Assembly (NCBI GenBank): GCA_036172245.1
Contig: JAYWIR010000055.1
Span: forward strand, 434,001 to 498,000
DNA length: 64,000 nucleotides
Direction: 5' to 3'
Origin: Raillietiella orientalis
Lineage: Eukaryota
The notes beneath the pieces are model-generated. The model ran no database searches, was not told the DNA's origin, and worked only from the letters and a program-made list of their open reading frames with translations. Positions 11,101 to 23,100 of the stretch are shown here, piece by piece (position 1 is the first letter of the stretch; each line of letters opens with the position of its first letter). The position numbers and the translations under genes were made by a program.

Positions 11101-14100
11101 GCCGACCCGAGGGAGGTTCTTTCTGGGGCGGCCAACTTCCCCACAGACCCACGACACCGGCCTGCGATGATGGGGGGGGAAGGGAGAGGGAGAGGGGGGA
11201 GGGAAGGTTATACTCACATCTATGAACACGGCATTTATGTAGTCGGTGCAGTTGTTGCCTTGAAAGGAGCTCAGGTACGGCCTGGCGTTGTCGGCTGAAA
11301 CAGCAGCAGCAGCAAGTCACTCGGGTGGTCGTAGGCAGCGGCCTCTTCCCACGGCCTCTATACGCACCCCTCATGCTGCCCTCTAGCGCTGCCTCCGCCT
11401 CCCCGCTAGAGGTGGCGACCCCGGAGGCTTCGAGGCGTCAGCGGCACCAAGGAGGAGGGGGAACGGGGCCATCGGATAGCGGAGTCTCGAGGTCGGGTGC
11501 CCCGGACGCGCCTCCACGAGCCAGCGCCCACCTCACAGATTCCGAGCGGGAACTGGCGGCGGGGAATCCCGCCCTCTCCCCGATGGCTCCAGAACTAATC
11601 GAAAACACGCGACCCCTCGTAACGCGCGCGACGGCGGAGGCTCGGTACGAAGACGTGACGCCACCGGCCACGAGCGAAGACCCAGGTCTGCTGCCCCCCT
11701 GGTCTCGGCAGCCATCTTACTCGTCTTCGTCGCCCTTCAGCTTGCGACCTCGTCGGAAACCGCGAGAGAAGCGCGCCGAAATGTCTGACCGAGCCGTCCC
11801 GTGACCAGCGTCTTCTCGGCACCCGCTGAGGCCTGTAGGGAGCACTGAATGTCCGAGTGGCCAGAGGTCACGCACTTGTCAGGGAGCCCGGTTCCATCCC
11901 GTCAACGGTCGCCTCTGGACACCCTTTTGCCTCCTCTTGCGGTCTCCCTCCGCCCGCCGTGCCCGCCCTCCTTGCGCGCTGCCCCTGAGGCAACCGGAGA
12001 GTCGAGGCTTTCTTGATGCCGATCCTTCGAGGGGTCTTCCTTCCCGTCGCCTCCTCCGAAGCCCCTGTGAGGTTCTTCCCTCCCGCAGCCGGGAAGGGGA
12101 GAAGCCGCCCTCACCCTCGGGAGCCTCGAAGTCCACGCCTCCTCCCGGGAGCCTTCCCCCAGGGGCCGGAAGAGCTCCTCTCGAGAGGGGTTGCCGCGGA
12201 CCACCAGCACCATCCGCGGGCCACCAGCATGCCCGGGACGCGCAGCTCCGGGGCAGCTCACGAAGCTTATGCGCCTGAGTGTTGGACCATCCTCGCACCT
12301 CCCCAGCTGAGCTTCTCTGTGCGTGCCCCCCTCCTCCCCCGAGTAATTGCCCCCCGGGGAAGGCGAGCCCGTGATCCTCGACGAGCCACCCCCAGGCCAA
12401 GACCGTGGCGCATCCCCGGCGATGAAGTCGTGCCGCGGTCTCCCCAGTCTTCCAAGCGTAACCCCGGGGCAGCTGCCCCCTTGCTGACCACCTCCAGAGG
12501 TCTTCTCTGAGGACACCGACCCATCGTCTCTATCGGGAAAGGCGGAAGACGAGTCGCGGGAAAGTTCCGCAAGAGTCGTCCCTTCCACCGTGGCCACTCC
12601 AGGCTAAGAGCGGAGGCAAAGGTCCGCACCTGGGGTCGAGGATGCACTCAGAGGAGCGACCTTGCCTTCACGGATATGGCTGCCGATCGCTGCACATGAT
12701 GTCGGCCGACCGATAGGGGATTCGGGGAGTAGCCATCTTGCGCACCGGTCTCCCCTCCCGCCTGGAGAAAGAAGGTGGGACTTACGCGGGACCGTGACGA
12801 CGTCTCTGTTCTTCTCCCTGTTCTCGGGAAGATGTCCTCCGGCGCAGTCGCCGATAGAGAACTTGGGGGTCAGCTTCGATATTTGCTGAAACACACGCGG
12901 GAGGATCGGGGTCAGTCAGGGCGGAATGGCGGACGCGGCCAAACCCGTCGCTCGGTACAGAACGCAGTGGCAGTGGGAAGCGTCCGTCCGTGGGTTCATT
13001 CCCACGTGGGGGCGCCCCCCTGCCGACAGCGGCCCTCGCAGCAGCAGCAGGCAGACCCACGGGGCGGCGCGCGGGCGGAGTCGTGTCCTCGGACTCTCCG
13101 GCTGCTGCTCCCGGGAGCGGCCTTTCCGGGAAGCGCCGACCTACCTCGAACTCCTTCTGGTACTGATTGACCTTGGTGACGGAGTCCCTGGCGGACTTGA
13201 ACCTCAGCTGCTTCTGCAGGTCGGACACGGGGAACCACGTGGTGCCGCAGATGACGTGCTCCTCGAGGATCTCGTAGACGAATCTCAGCTGCTCCTGCGG
13301 CATGGAGACGCGGTCAGGTAGGGGGCTGGGCGGCAGGGGTCGGGGCGCACGCACCACGTTCTCGATGGCCCCCTTCCTGGCCGAGCGGATCCTCGCGAAG
13401 AAGGGAAAGACACTGAAGAGTCCATCCTCCTCGCCCAGCTCGAGGTTGGCATCGACGACCACGAAGACGCCGGACCTGCCGCCGCCGTCGCTGCAACGTA
13501 AACGCTCGCTTTAGCGTGCACGGCGCAGAGGGTCTGGGGCCGCTTCTGCCCTGCAGGGTGCTGAGGAAACGCACGGGTCCACTGAGGATGGCTTTTGGGT
13601 CCCCCCAACGACAGCAGCGTGGGGCACGCGAGACTAGGAGTCACCGTAGGCAGAAGAGCTGCCCTCGCAAGAATGCAGGCGACGGCGTCCGAGTTCTGGG
13701 GCACCCTTCCAAGGAGGGAGGGACGGCAGACGCGTCTTATTCCGGGACAGGGAATCGGGGTGGGGGATGTAGCGGTCCTGGAAGCTAGCGAAACCCGAGG
13801 GAGAGGGAGAGGAGGGTTGTGGGAAGGTGGACCGACCCTACTCTTTTCTGCCTTCCTCGAGGCAAAAGGGAGTCTCGGGAGCGACTCCCAGGCTGAGCCT
13901 GGAGGGTCCCTCAGGAGCACCAAGCCCGGCCTTTCTCCTTTCTTTCCGGCCACCACGCTGCTTCCTTCCTCCTGTTCTTCCTGTAGCCCGCCCTCCGGCC
14001 TTCACCGAGAACGTCCAGGAAAGGGAGCAAGGGCAGGGTGGAACACCTCCCAGGGTTCTGAGGACCCACCCTCCGAAGGCAGACACGAGGAAAAGGAGGA

Positions 14101-17100
14101 GAAGAGGAGATGCAAGCGCGAGTTGATCTCTGCTCCGCCCGCCCGAGGGTGGCTGAACGCCCCCTTCCTCTCCCCGGCTTAAAGAATAGCGATGAGGGGG
14201 AAGGGAAGAAAGAGACGCACCTGCAGTGAACGACGATGGGACCACAGAGCTCCGCGTCGACCTTGGTGGTCAGGTACTTCCGGATGCGCCTGCGGAACTC
14301 GAGCAGGGCGCTGGAGAAGGGGCAGCTATGGCACGGCCACTCGGTGTAGTGGAACTGCAAAATGGTCCGCCGCGCCTGCAGAGAGACCACTAGGGTGAAG
14401 TCCTGTGGGAGCGATGATCACCTGAGGGGCAAGGGGTGGGGAACAGGATAGAAGGGAACTCCGTCTCCCTCTTCCCATCTGCCTCCTTCTTCTTCCCGCC
14501 TTATTTCTCCCTTCCTTTCCCTTCGCCTTCAAGATAAGGTGGTGACTACGCGAGGGTGCCTTCACGAAGCCCCCCCTCTGTCTCTTCTTTGTCCGCACGA
14601 TATATCGCAAAGACGCCGCCTGGCAGGAAGCCGTTCGGGCGGAGCGCAGGGAGGTGGCAGAAGGACCCTTCTCCTCCTAACGGGTGGACTGCGAGCACCG
14701 AGGGCGATTCCCCATCCCCCCTCCACCAGAGAAGGAAACTCTTTTCCGCTTCCCACACCGTCTGCGACGACCTTCCGGATCATTGTTGAGCTACCTGCGC
14801 GCTTTCCGGCTTTCAAGAGCTTGCAACAATGGAAGACTCCCCAAGCAATCGTTGCAGCGTTCACCCAGGCATTGTTGTGGCGCTGCTGCAGTTAGCCCAG
14901 CTCCGCCCAGGCCCCGTCATGCAGCACGGCTGCCGGTGAGGAAGGAACCAGAGGGGATGGCCCTCATTGGATGGTCCGCGAAAGCGGAGTTCTGCGGAAA
15001 AAAAAGGAAGCGAAGAGATCGGTCCTAACCCCCTCTCCCCCTTCCAAGGTGCGGTCACCGGATGCCTCGCTGGCGGAGGACAGACCCACGCACCCACCAT
15101 CCTGAAAAGTTTGTACAGTCGGAAATGTGGGCCCACGCGCAACCCAGCTGGAGAGGTCCCCCCTGCCGAGGAAATCTCGTACGCCCCAGAAAACGCTCCT
15201 GGCCCTTGCCGGAGGCCATTCGATCGAAAAACTAGAGGCGCCTGAAGTGAGAGGAGCACGCTGCGACCCGAGACTTCTCGATTCCTCCCTTGCACACGCA
15301 GGGGGACTCCTGGTGCAATGAGAGTCCTCCTGACTCCCTGCCCCTTCTTGTTCCTGCTCGTACCCCGCTCGTGACCTGCCCAGCTGGTCGTCGGCAGTGA
15401 GGGACGTTAAGATCAAATCCAGAAATCCGCTCGTGCTGGCTGACCTTGTCGGACGCCCAGCGGAAGTCGTGCACTCCCAGCTTCGTCCGGGGCTGCACAC
15501 CGTTCCCCTCGCGGCGCCTCCTACGAACGGCGCCGGTCGATGCCTGTCCCCTGCTTCCCGGGCACGCCAGCACCTCCCCCTCTTCCTCTCTCTCCTTGCA
15601 GCTGCACCGGCTCTCCCCATTCGGGGTCCTTATGGGCGCACCTTCCCCACCTGGAACTACCACAGTCCGTGGAATGCCGTGGGTCGCTCGCTTACGAACT
15701 CCCGGACCCGCCACCGAGGTGGCTCAAATCCCGGCACTCGGCGCAGAGGCAGGAAGAGGCAGAAGGAACCTGCGCTTTCCGGCTCGAGGGAAGGTCCGGA
15801 GCAGGGATGCGAGGGGCGACAGGTGCCGCCGGTGGGACGACTTTTGCGGATTCCCTCCCTGGAACGCCGCCCTTGCCGCCGGCTGCGCTTCCGATCAGCC
15901 CCGTCCACTCTTCCCGCGCCTGCTTCTACGACAGACGCGCCAATGAAGCTCCCGTTGCGAGCTACTCTTCGCGAGGATGACCTCCATTTAAAGAGCTGGA
16001 TATGCTCCTTCCTCCCTGCCATCATCCCGAACGGGTGGGACTCCCCACATCGTCGGTAGACGGGAGCTGCCTCATCCGATGGGAAAATCCCTGCCTGCTG
16101 CGAGTGCTTGAGGAGCTCCGGTTCCCATGTCCTCCTCGACGCCGCCACGGGGTGCCAAGACTACAGCAGGGGCACTACCGCCACGAGGGACTGCAGCACC
16201 CTCGTGGAGAGGAGAAGGTGCTGCCAACCGCCGTGTGTTGGGAGGAAGCGACTTCCATGGCAACGGTGTTTGCTCGGATAGGGAAGAGAGAAAGGCAGCG
16301 CCGTGCCTCCTGGCTCTTCTTCCGTCGGCCGTGGCTCTGTGGGGATCGTCCGCTCTCTTCTCGGAGGTCCCTGCCCTCACATCTTCCCTCTCCGATCATC
16401 CTCCTCAGTGGAGCAGCCGTCTTTTCGCTCGGGGCAGACCAGATAGCCGCCGTGGGCAAACTGTCCACTCTGGAGCATGAAAATGCGCCCGACGCGCGCG
16501 GTCCCGGTCGTTCCCGAGCAAGCAGCGAGAGGTCCCCTCGAGGTTCCGTGGAGCCCTTAGAGGACTGCGCACATCGCGTCCCCTCGAGCCCCGAAACTGG
16601 CCTCACCGCCAGAGGTGACCAGCTCGAGGTCATCCGCGCGCGGAATCGAGAGGATGGGCACGCGCTCTCCGGGGCATTCCGGCCAGCGCAAGCACCTCCC
16701 TCTTCGTCATGACTTTCCTCCTCCCCCCTTCCTTCTCCCCTTCCCTGTGCAGGTCGACCAGCGCGCGCGAGAGAGAAGGAGAAAGCTAAGCCGCGCGAGG
16801 GCGACAGGTGGATGGGGAGGCTCACCATCCTCTTGGGGAGGGGGGAGGGGAGAGGCTCACCGGCGGCAACACTCACGTTTCCTTTCGACATCTGGATTGT
16901 CCTGATGATGAAATTGGTGAGCTGCTCCTCTTGGACCACGGTCACTCCGATGCCACCGTAGAACTCCTCGTGCTTTTTTGTCGAGGGCCAGTACTGAGAG
17001 CACATCACCTAAGAGATGGGCTGCAACTTCCAGTCCTTCGAACTCCCCAGCGGGAGGACGGATCCGTTCCGCGGCAGCGGGAGGCTGCCGGGAGGTGACC

Positions 17101-20100
17101 CGCATCCCAATGCTTCCGCCTGCCATTGCCGCTGTTACCTTGATGAAGTCGAATGTCTTCGTCAGCATCACGATGCAGGGGCTTTTCTCCTGCCAGACCA
17201 TCCTCCACAGATCCGCTATAGTCCTCTCGTTTGGTCCCTGCGTCACGATGTACGCTTTCGGTTTGATGAGGCTCTAGAAAGAAGGGAGCAGTTGCTGGAG
17301 TCGGGCATCCACGCAAGCACCACATGGGTGCAGGAAGGAAGAGAGAATTCACGGCGGTCGAACGGATCGGAGACCCACGAGGAGGCCGGGCGGAGGCACG
17401 GGCACAGGCATGGGTGACCCTGAGGCAATGGCCAAACTCGATGCTTCACTGAGACCCCTGAACACGGGCTAATCCGTCCCGATTCAAGCTTCCCCGACAG
17501 GAGGCAAAGGCGGACGAACCCAGGGTCAGGAAGAGAAAAAGGCCGGTCGGACAGCAGGACGTTGGACCACGCCGCGGCTCCGCGAAAGACCCTTGTCTCG
17601 GCCGACGTCCTTCCGCTTCGGAATGTCTTTCGGAGTGGCCGCTGGAGACACCTCGAAGGAGGCGTAGAAGAGCCGCGATGGTGACGAAAGGGGGCGCATC
17701 CAGGGGCCAAATCCTGGAGGTCGCTGCGGGGGGTTCCCGTCTGCGACCGGGTTCTCCACGCCTCTCGGCTACAAAGGAGGAGTTTCCGGAAGACGAAGGG
17801 GGAGGGAGGTCCAGGACGTGGAAGGACCTCTCTTGCCGCCTTCTCGCCGCGGTGATCTGGGGCTTCGCACCAGCAGTTCGGTGCAAAATGGTCGGCTCCA
17901 GAGTTCGCCAAAGGCGATACAATCCGAGGGTGATCCAAGGAAAGAAGACGTGGGTCGTGGTGAGGTAGAGTCCTGGGGAGGGACAGAGCTGCTCACTTGC
18001 GGCGCGGATCAAAAGGAAGAAGAGCAGGGGGAGACGCAGGTGATCGCATGGGACCCGCAGCGAGTAGCGTCTGTGGAGATGGGAACCTCAGCTGCTCCTG
18101 CGACCTGGAGACGCGCGGTCGGGTAGGCGCGCACGCACCCACGCTATCGATCGCCCCCTTCCTGGCTGAGAGGACCCTCGTAAGGAAGGGGAGGGGTTTC
18201 GTACGGCAGCCAGAGGGTGTCCCCGCCCTCTTCCGAAGAAAAAGGCCGCTGGCGAGGGACCGGGAAGAAACGCATCCGGTTCTGGGGAATCCGACTGGGT
18301 GCACGGAGAGGACTTCCTGGTTCTCCTTGAAGCGTCGACGAGTAGCTTCGCAGACCTTTCCAAGCGTCCCGGGAGTCTCCCCACGGCATCGAAGAGGGTG
18401 CCACCTCCGAGATGCTCGCAAAGAGTCGTGCGTGCTCCCTCGGCGCCGCAGGGAGGACCGACCCGCCCGCATTATCAGCCCGATGGGTTCGATGCAGAGG
18501 TTGTCGTGGCTACCGCTTGGAGCGCAGGGTCCCTCGTCTTCCTCACATACTCCGCGGACTCGGAAAGCAAGAAACGCGTTGTTTATTTGTTCTTGGGCGA
18601 GCTCCCCTGTGCCGTCTGCCTCTGCAGAAGCACGGGAAACACGGTGCGTCACGGGCGCATGTGTTTCCCGTGCGTTTTGCGCCCAAACACAAACATTCGC
18701 TGCGAGCGCTGCATCCCAACGTGACCCCAGCGTGCACTCGCTCTGCGCCGATAGTGCGACGCTCAGCAAACGCTCCGGCTGGCCTACTTCGCCGCCATTT
18801 TCGTCAACTCCTCTTCCCCACTTGAGCGCGCACGAAGTCACGAATCGCTCCGTTCCTCTCGTCTTCCCGGTTTGGCGCGCTGCCGGCCTAGTGGTCAGCG
18901 AGCAGTTCAGCAGCGGGTCCGGAGATCCCACGCAAGCACGTACTCCTGCCCGAGACGCGCGCACACCATCACGCACTCCGGGACCGCAGCACAGCCGGTG
19001 GACGGATGTTGCGACAGCGGAGAGATGTCTAGGGACGTGCCAGGCCCGGTAGAGGAACGCCCAAGGCCGCGCAACCCTGGACCCACGACCCCGCGGCACG
19101 GATAGCGGTCCTGCGACACGTGGGGTTCGCGCGTCTGGGTGGACCCCGGCGGCTGGCACGACAGCACTCCAACTGGCTGAATTGACGCGGCGCGGTTCCG
19201 AGTTTGCGATGGGCGTGCAGCCCTAAGGTTGATGTGTGTGACAGCGGGATATGTGAAAGCACTGGAGACCTGTTGCAACCAGAGGAAGCGATTTGCAGGT
19301 GGGACGGAAAGACCGGCGGCGACCACCGGGCGCCAACCATCGCTGCTTCACTTTCGACGCGTCCAGCCATCTTGATTTCCAGCATGTGTACAGCCGAAGC
19401 GTGTACGCATGATAAGCCACCTTGACCCGCGCGCGAAGACCGGAGCGTCACATTGCTCCGGGAAAGGTCCGCCAACCGGTTCCTGTCGTTTGTGTGCAAA
19501 TACACTTTTGTACACTTCGTGCACGCAGGGGTGCACGTGTGCCACCTCGCTCGTGCTCATGTAAGGAGCGCTTGTTTACTCGTTAGCGCACAAGTGCTGG
19601 TGTTCCGCGCGTACATGACTGCATGGATTCATTGCAACGGGAGGGGGAGGGGACGGGCCTTCCAGGACGGAAGTCCCCGTGAGGAAGGCGCTGCGAGCGG
19701 GTCAGCGATGCGTGCGTCTTCTTCGGTGGTGGCCACGCTACTTGGAACACCGTGCTCATGAGGTGTCGAAGAGGGGGGGGATTAATTCGGCCGGCGGAAT
19801 GAACGGGGGAGGGGGAAAGAGTTTCGGAATGCACGTCCCCTATTTTGCACCATCTTCGCCCGTTTGCGTTCGAGGTGCCAGCCAGCCACCCGCTATTTAA
19901 CAACAACCACGCGTTCATCGTGAGGGAGGAGGTTGCTGCTGCCGCCGCCGATAGGGTGGGACCTCTGCCACTCCGTGTGCCCTCGCCTCCCTTTGCAGTC
20001 GGCAGCATCCCGGTCGGGACAGCCACTGCTACCCTCTACCTGCGGAGTGCGCATCCTTCTTCACACGTATTATGAACAGCGCCTACAAGAAGCGTTCCAG

Positions 20101-23100
20101 CGAACCGTTTTATCTCTTCCGACTCGGAGAGGGAGCAGTTGCTCGGCAGCATCTGGATGCTCCTCTGAGCGTGGGGGACAATTCTTCTTCACAGAAGGAT
20201 TGTCCTCCCACGAATGGTTGAACGGTCCAAAATCGTGGATGCGCATCCATTCATAGCCAGCAGTGACACTGCTGAATTGAACTGAAAAGCAGTTTTTTCT
20301 CGTTGCCATAGCGCACGCCTCGACCGCGGGCTCCTATCGACGCAAGCTGTTTATCTTTCTCTCCCGAAGTGGGAAGGGAAACATCGTTTTAGGATGTGGG
20401 TCCCTGCTCCCAAAAGGCGCAGCGAGCTCCGAGGAGCGCAGGATTGCAAGCGCACGACACGGATCTGCATCTCGCATTCTTCTTCATCAATACAGCTTCA
20501 CAGATGGGCAGAATCGCAGGACCACAAGTGGGGTTCATGGCCGATCGACCTCCAGCCGTGCTCCCAGCGCTCGCCGCGTTCGGAGGGGAGCAGCATCATT
20601 CCTTTCTGGAGACCCTTCGTCACTCGGCAGACACGCCCTCTCTTCCCCGATGCTTTCATGGGTCCCGATTTCGCTCACGCGCCTGCGGGAACCTCCCCGG
20701 AACGCGAGGAGCTCCCGGGAAAGGCGCCGTCGACCTGCTGCTTCGTTTCGCTCTCGGGTTTGCCTGCAGCATCGCAACAACAAAATCTTGCGCTCCTAAC
20801 GCAGCAGCATCCCCCTTCCGGACCGACCGAAACCTCAAGCATTTTCGACCGTCCACCATCGACTCCTGCAGCAGCGTACGTCCACCAGAGCCTTTCATAT
20901 CCAGGCTCAAACTGCAACAGTGGCTCGTGAGCAAGAAAGCGCTGCTTGCATATGGCCAGGTGCCGAGTGGTACGAGTGGAAAACCTCCAGGGAGGGTCGG
21001 ACTGTCGCTTCGAGTATACCCAAGAATTGCTGCTTGAGAGAAGGAGACCTTTCTTTAGGCAAGCGGAGGGTCCCTTGTTCGAGCTGAAAGGGCTCCTCTT
21101 GTGTGGGATTGCTTTCCGGTTAGACTTATCCGCCTCTCGAACGGAAAAGAAAACAGGGATGCCAAAAGTCCAGATCGTCTCAAATGTCAGCTTGCGTTAG
21201 ACGCTGCCATTCCATGCCAACGTTTCTTCCCTCCCACAGGTTTGCCAGGAACTCCTTCCTCCTTCCTCTGCTGTTGACGGGTCCGAAAAGACGCGCTCTG
21301 GTCCATCTCGCACGTCCAGACCGGAATCCTCTTCCTTCCTCCTGCAAGATTCTTGGAAGAGGGACACCAACTGGCACTTGGTCCCCCTCTCGGACTGATG
21401 CTCTCAATTCGAAGGGCGATCGAAAGGGATGATGCGGAACATCCCTTCTATCTTCAGCTTTGGTGAGGTGCGGCATCCGACTGCTGTGTGCAGGACAGAC
21501 TGAGGAGAGTCACTGATGGTACTGAATGCGACGTAAGAATGGACCGTGGTTTGTGGGGGGGGGGGAGAGGAAAAGCTGGTGGTGTCGGGGTAATTCCCGA
21601 GTTTACAAGGAGGAGGATCGAATGACTGAGATGCTGGCTTGGGTGAAAGTTACGCTCAAGCCAAAGCCTTACGTTCAGCAAAGAAGAAACTGCTTAACAG
21701 AAGGCGCCTAAAGGTGATGCGGCTGTAAGCCGTGAGAAGAGTTCGCGAGATGCGTCGCGAGAATAGGATTCTGAAACTCTGCACCAACTTTTAGAAACCG
21801 GAAGACTTGCAATCCGCTGCGGATCCATAATAATCGTTTACGATCTGGACAGGATTGTGAGTCTAGAATGGATGACTTCAGAACGAAGGGAGCGCTCGGT
21901 GGAAGGCTTTAAAGTGGATGCCCCAAAAGAATGCTATCAGGAAGGTTCCCAAGTCAGTGCAAAGGAAAAGAATTCTACAGACCTTGTCTCCGGAGCGATC
22001 GATGAATCCTCCGTCGGACGGGAGGAAAATCTTCTCAAAAAGAGGAGAGAGGTGACACGACACGAACAGGAGTTTTACTTGCGGGTTCCAACAAGGGAGA
22101 AGGTTTAGAAATTGCCCCTTGAAGCTGATCTGCGATTTAAGCATGCTGCTCGAGGACGGGCTTATAGGCGCAGAAAACAACTCTACGCAGCTCCCGAAGC
22201 CTGTGGGCAGGGCAGACCACGGAGGGTGGCTCCTCTGCACGATGCGATCGATCCAAGAAAGGTCACTCAGCGTCGTCAGTCACCCGACTTCCGGTAGGCA
22301 GTTGATTCGACTGCATTTGCATTTCTTTGGAAGCGGGGAACGTTTCGAAATTTCCTTCGGAACCAAGGTTCCTTCCTTTCCCGCCCACCCCCGACAGGGC
22401 CTTTCGGCTTCCCGATTCTTTCGGTGAATGCGGGACGTCCTGGGGAGACCCGCAGGAAGCAATGAATGCAGGCAACACGTGAGACACGCAGCGTTTACAG
22501 GATGAAGTTTCATAGCTTGAGGAAAAATTCACGTGCAACATTTGTCGCCAGCGGCGGAGTTTCCCTTCACTAATAGTAGAAATGTTTGAGGATCCTTACG
22601 TCTATGTAGGATGCATTAATGTAATCGGAATCTGGCACTTCTGGCAAACTTTCCAGAACCACACGGTTGTAATCATCTGAAAAGACAGGGCACATGAGGA
22701 AACATCTCTTCCGACAGTCCTGGATGAAAGTGAGTCAGAGGGCAACAGAGAACGGAAAGGATCAGGGATGAAAAGGGGTGCGATCGGAAGCACGCGGGAC
22801 AGACGTGAGAGGGGCTGAAAAGAGAGGTTGGAGGGCGAAGCAGAAACGTGGGGACGCCACGTTTCCGGTTTAAGAGCACAGCAACTCTGGGCAAGCGCTG
22901 ACGCACCCGTGCTGCACTTACATGGAATGATGGAGCTGTTCTGGTTCTTTGGCTGGTTGTTGGGCTTCGTAGCGTGCTTAGTAGAATGACTTTCCACTCG
23001 GCAGCCATTCTGGAAATCCACAGATCGACTATTGGGGGAGACAGCACGAAAGACTTACCCGAAATTCTATCTTAAGAAGGAACGGGTATTTCCTGTGGAG

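Noticed and set aside
17997..18070. AG/GT-bounded 74-nt segment in a PTP intron
   Set aside because: It is not a multiple of 3 between two phase-0 junctions and has no PTP homology. At most a poison or cryptic exon.
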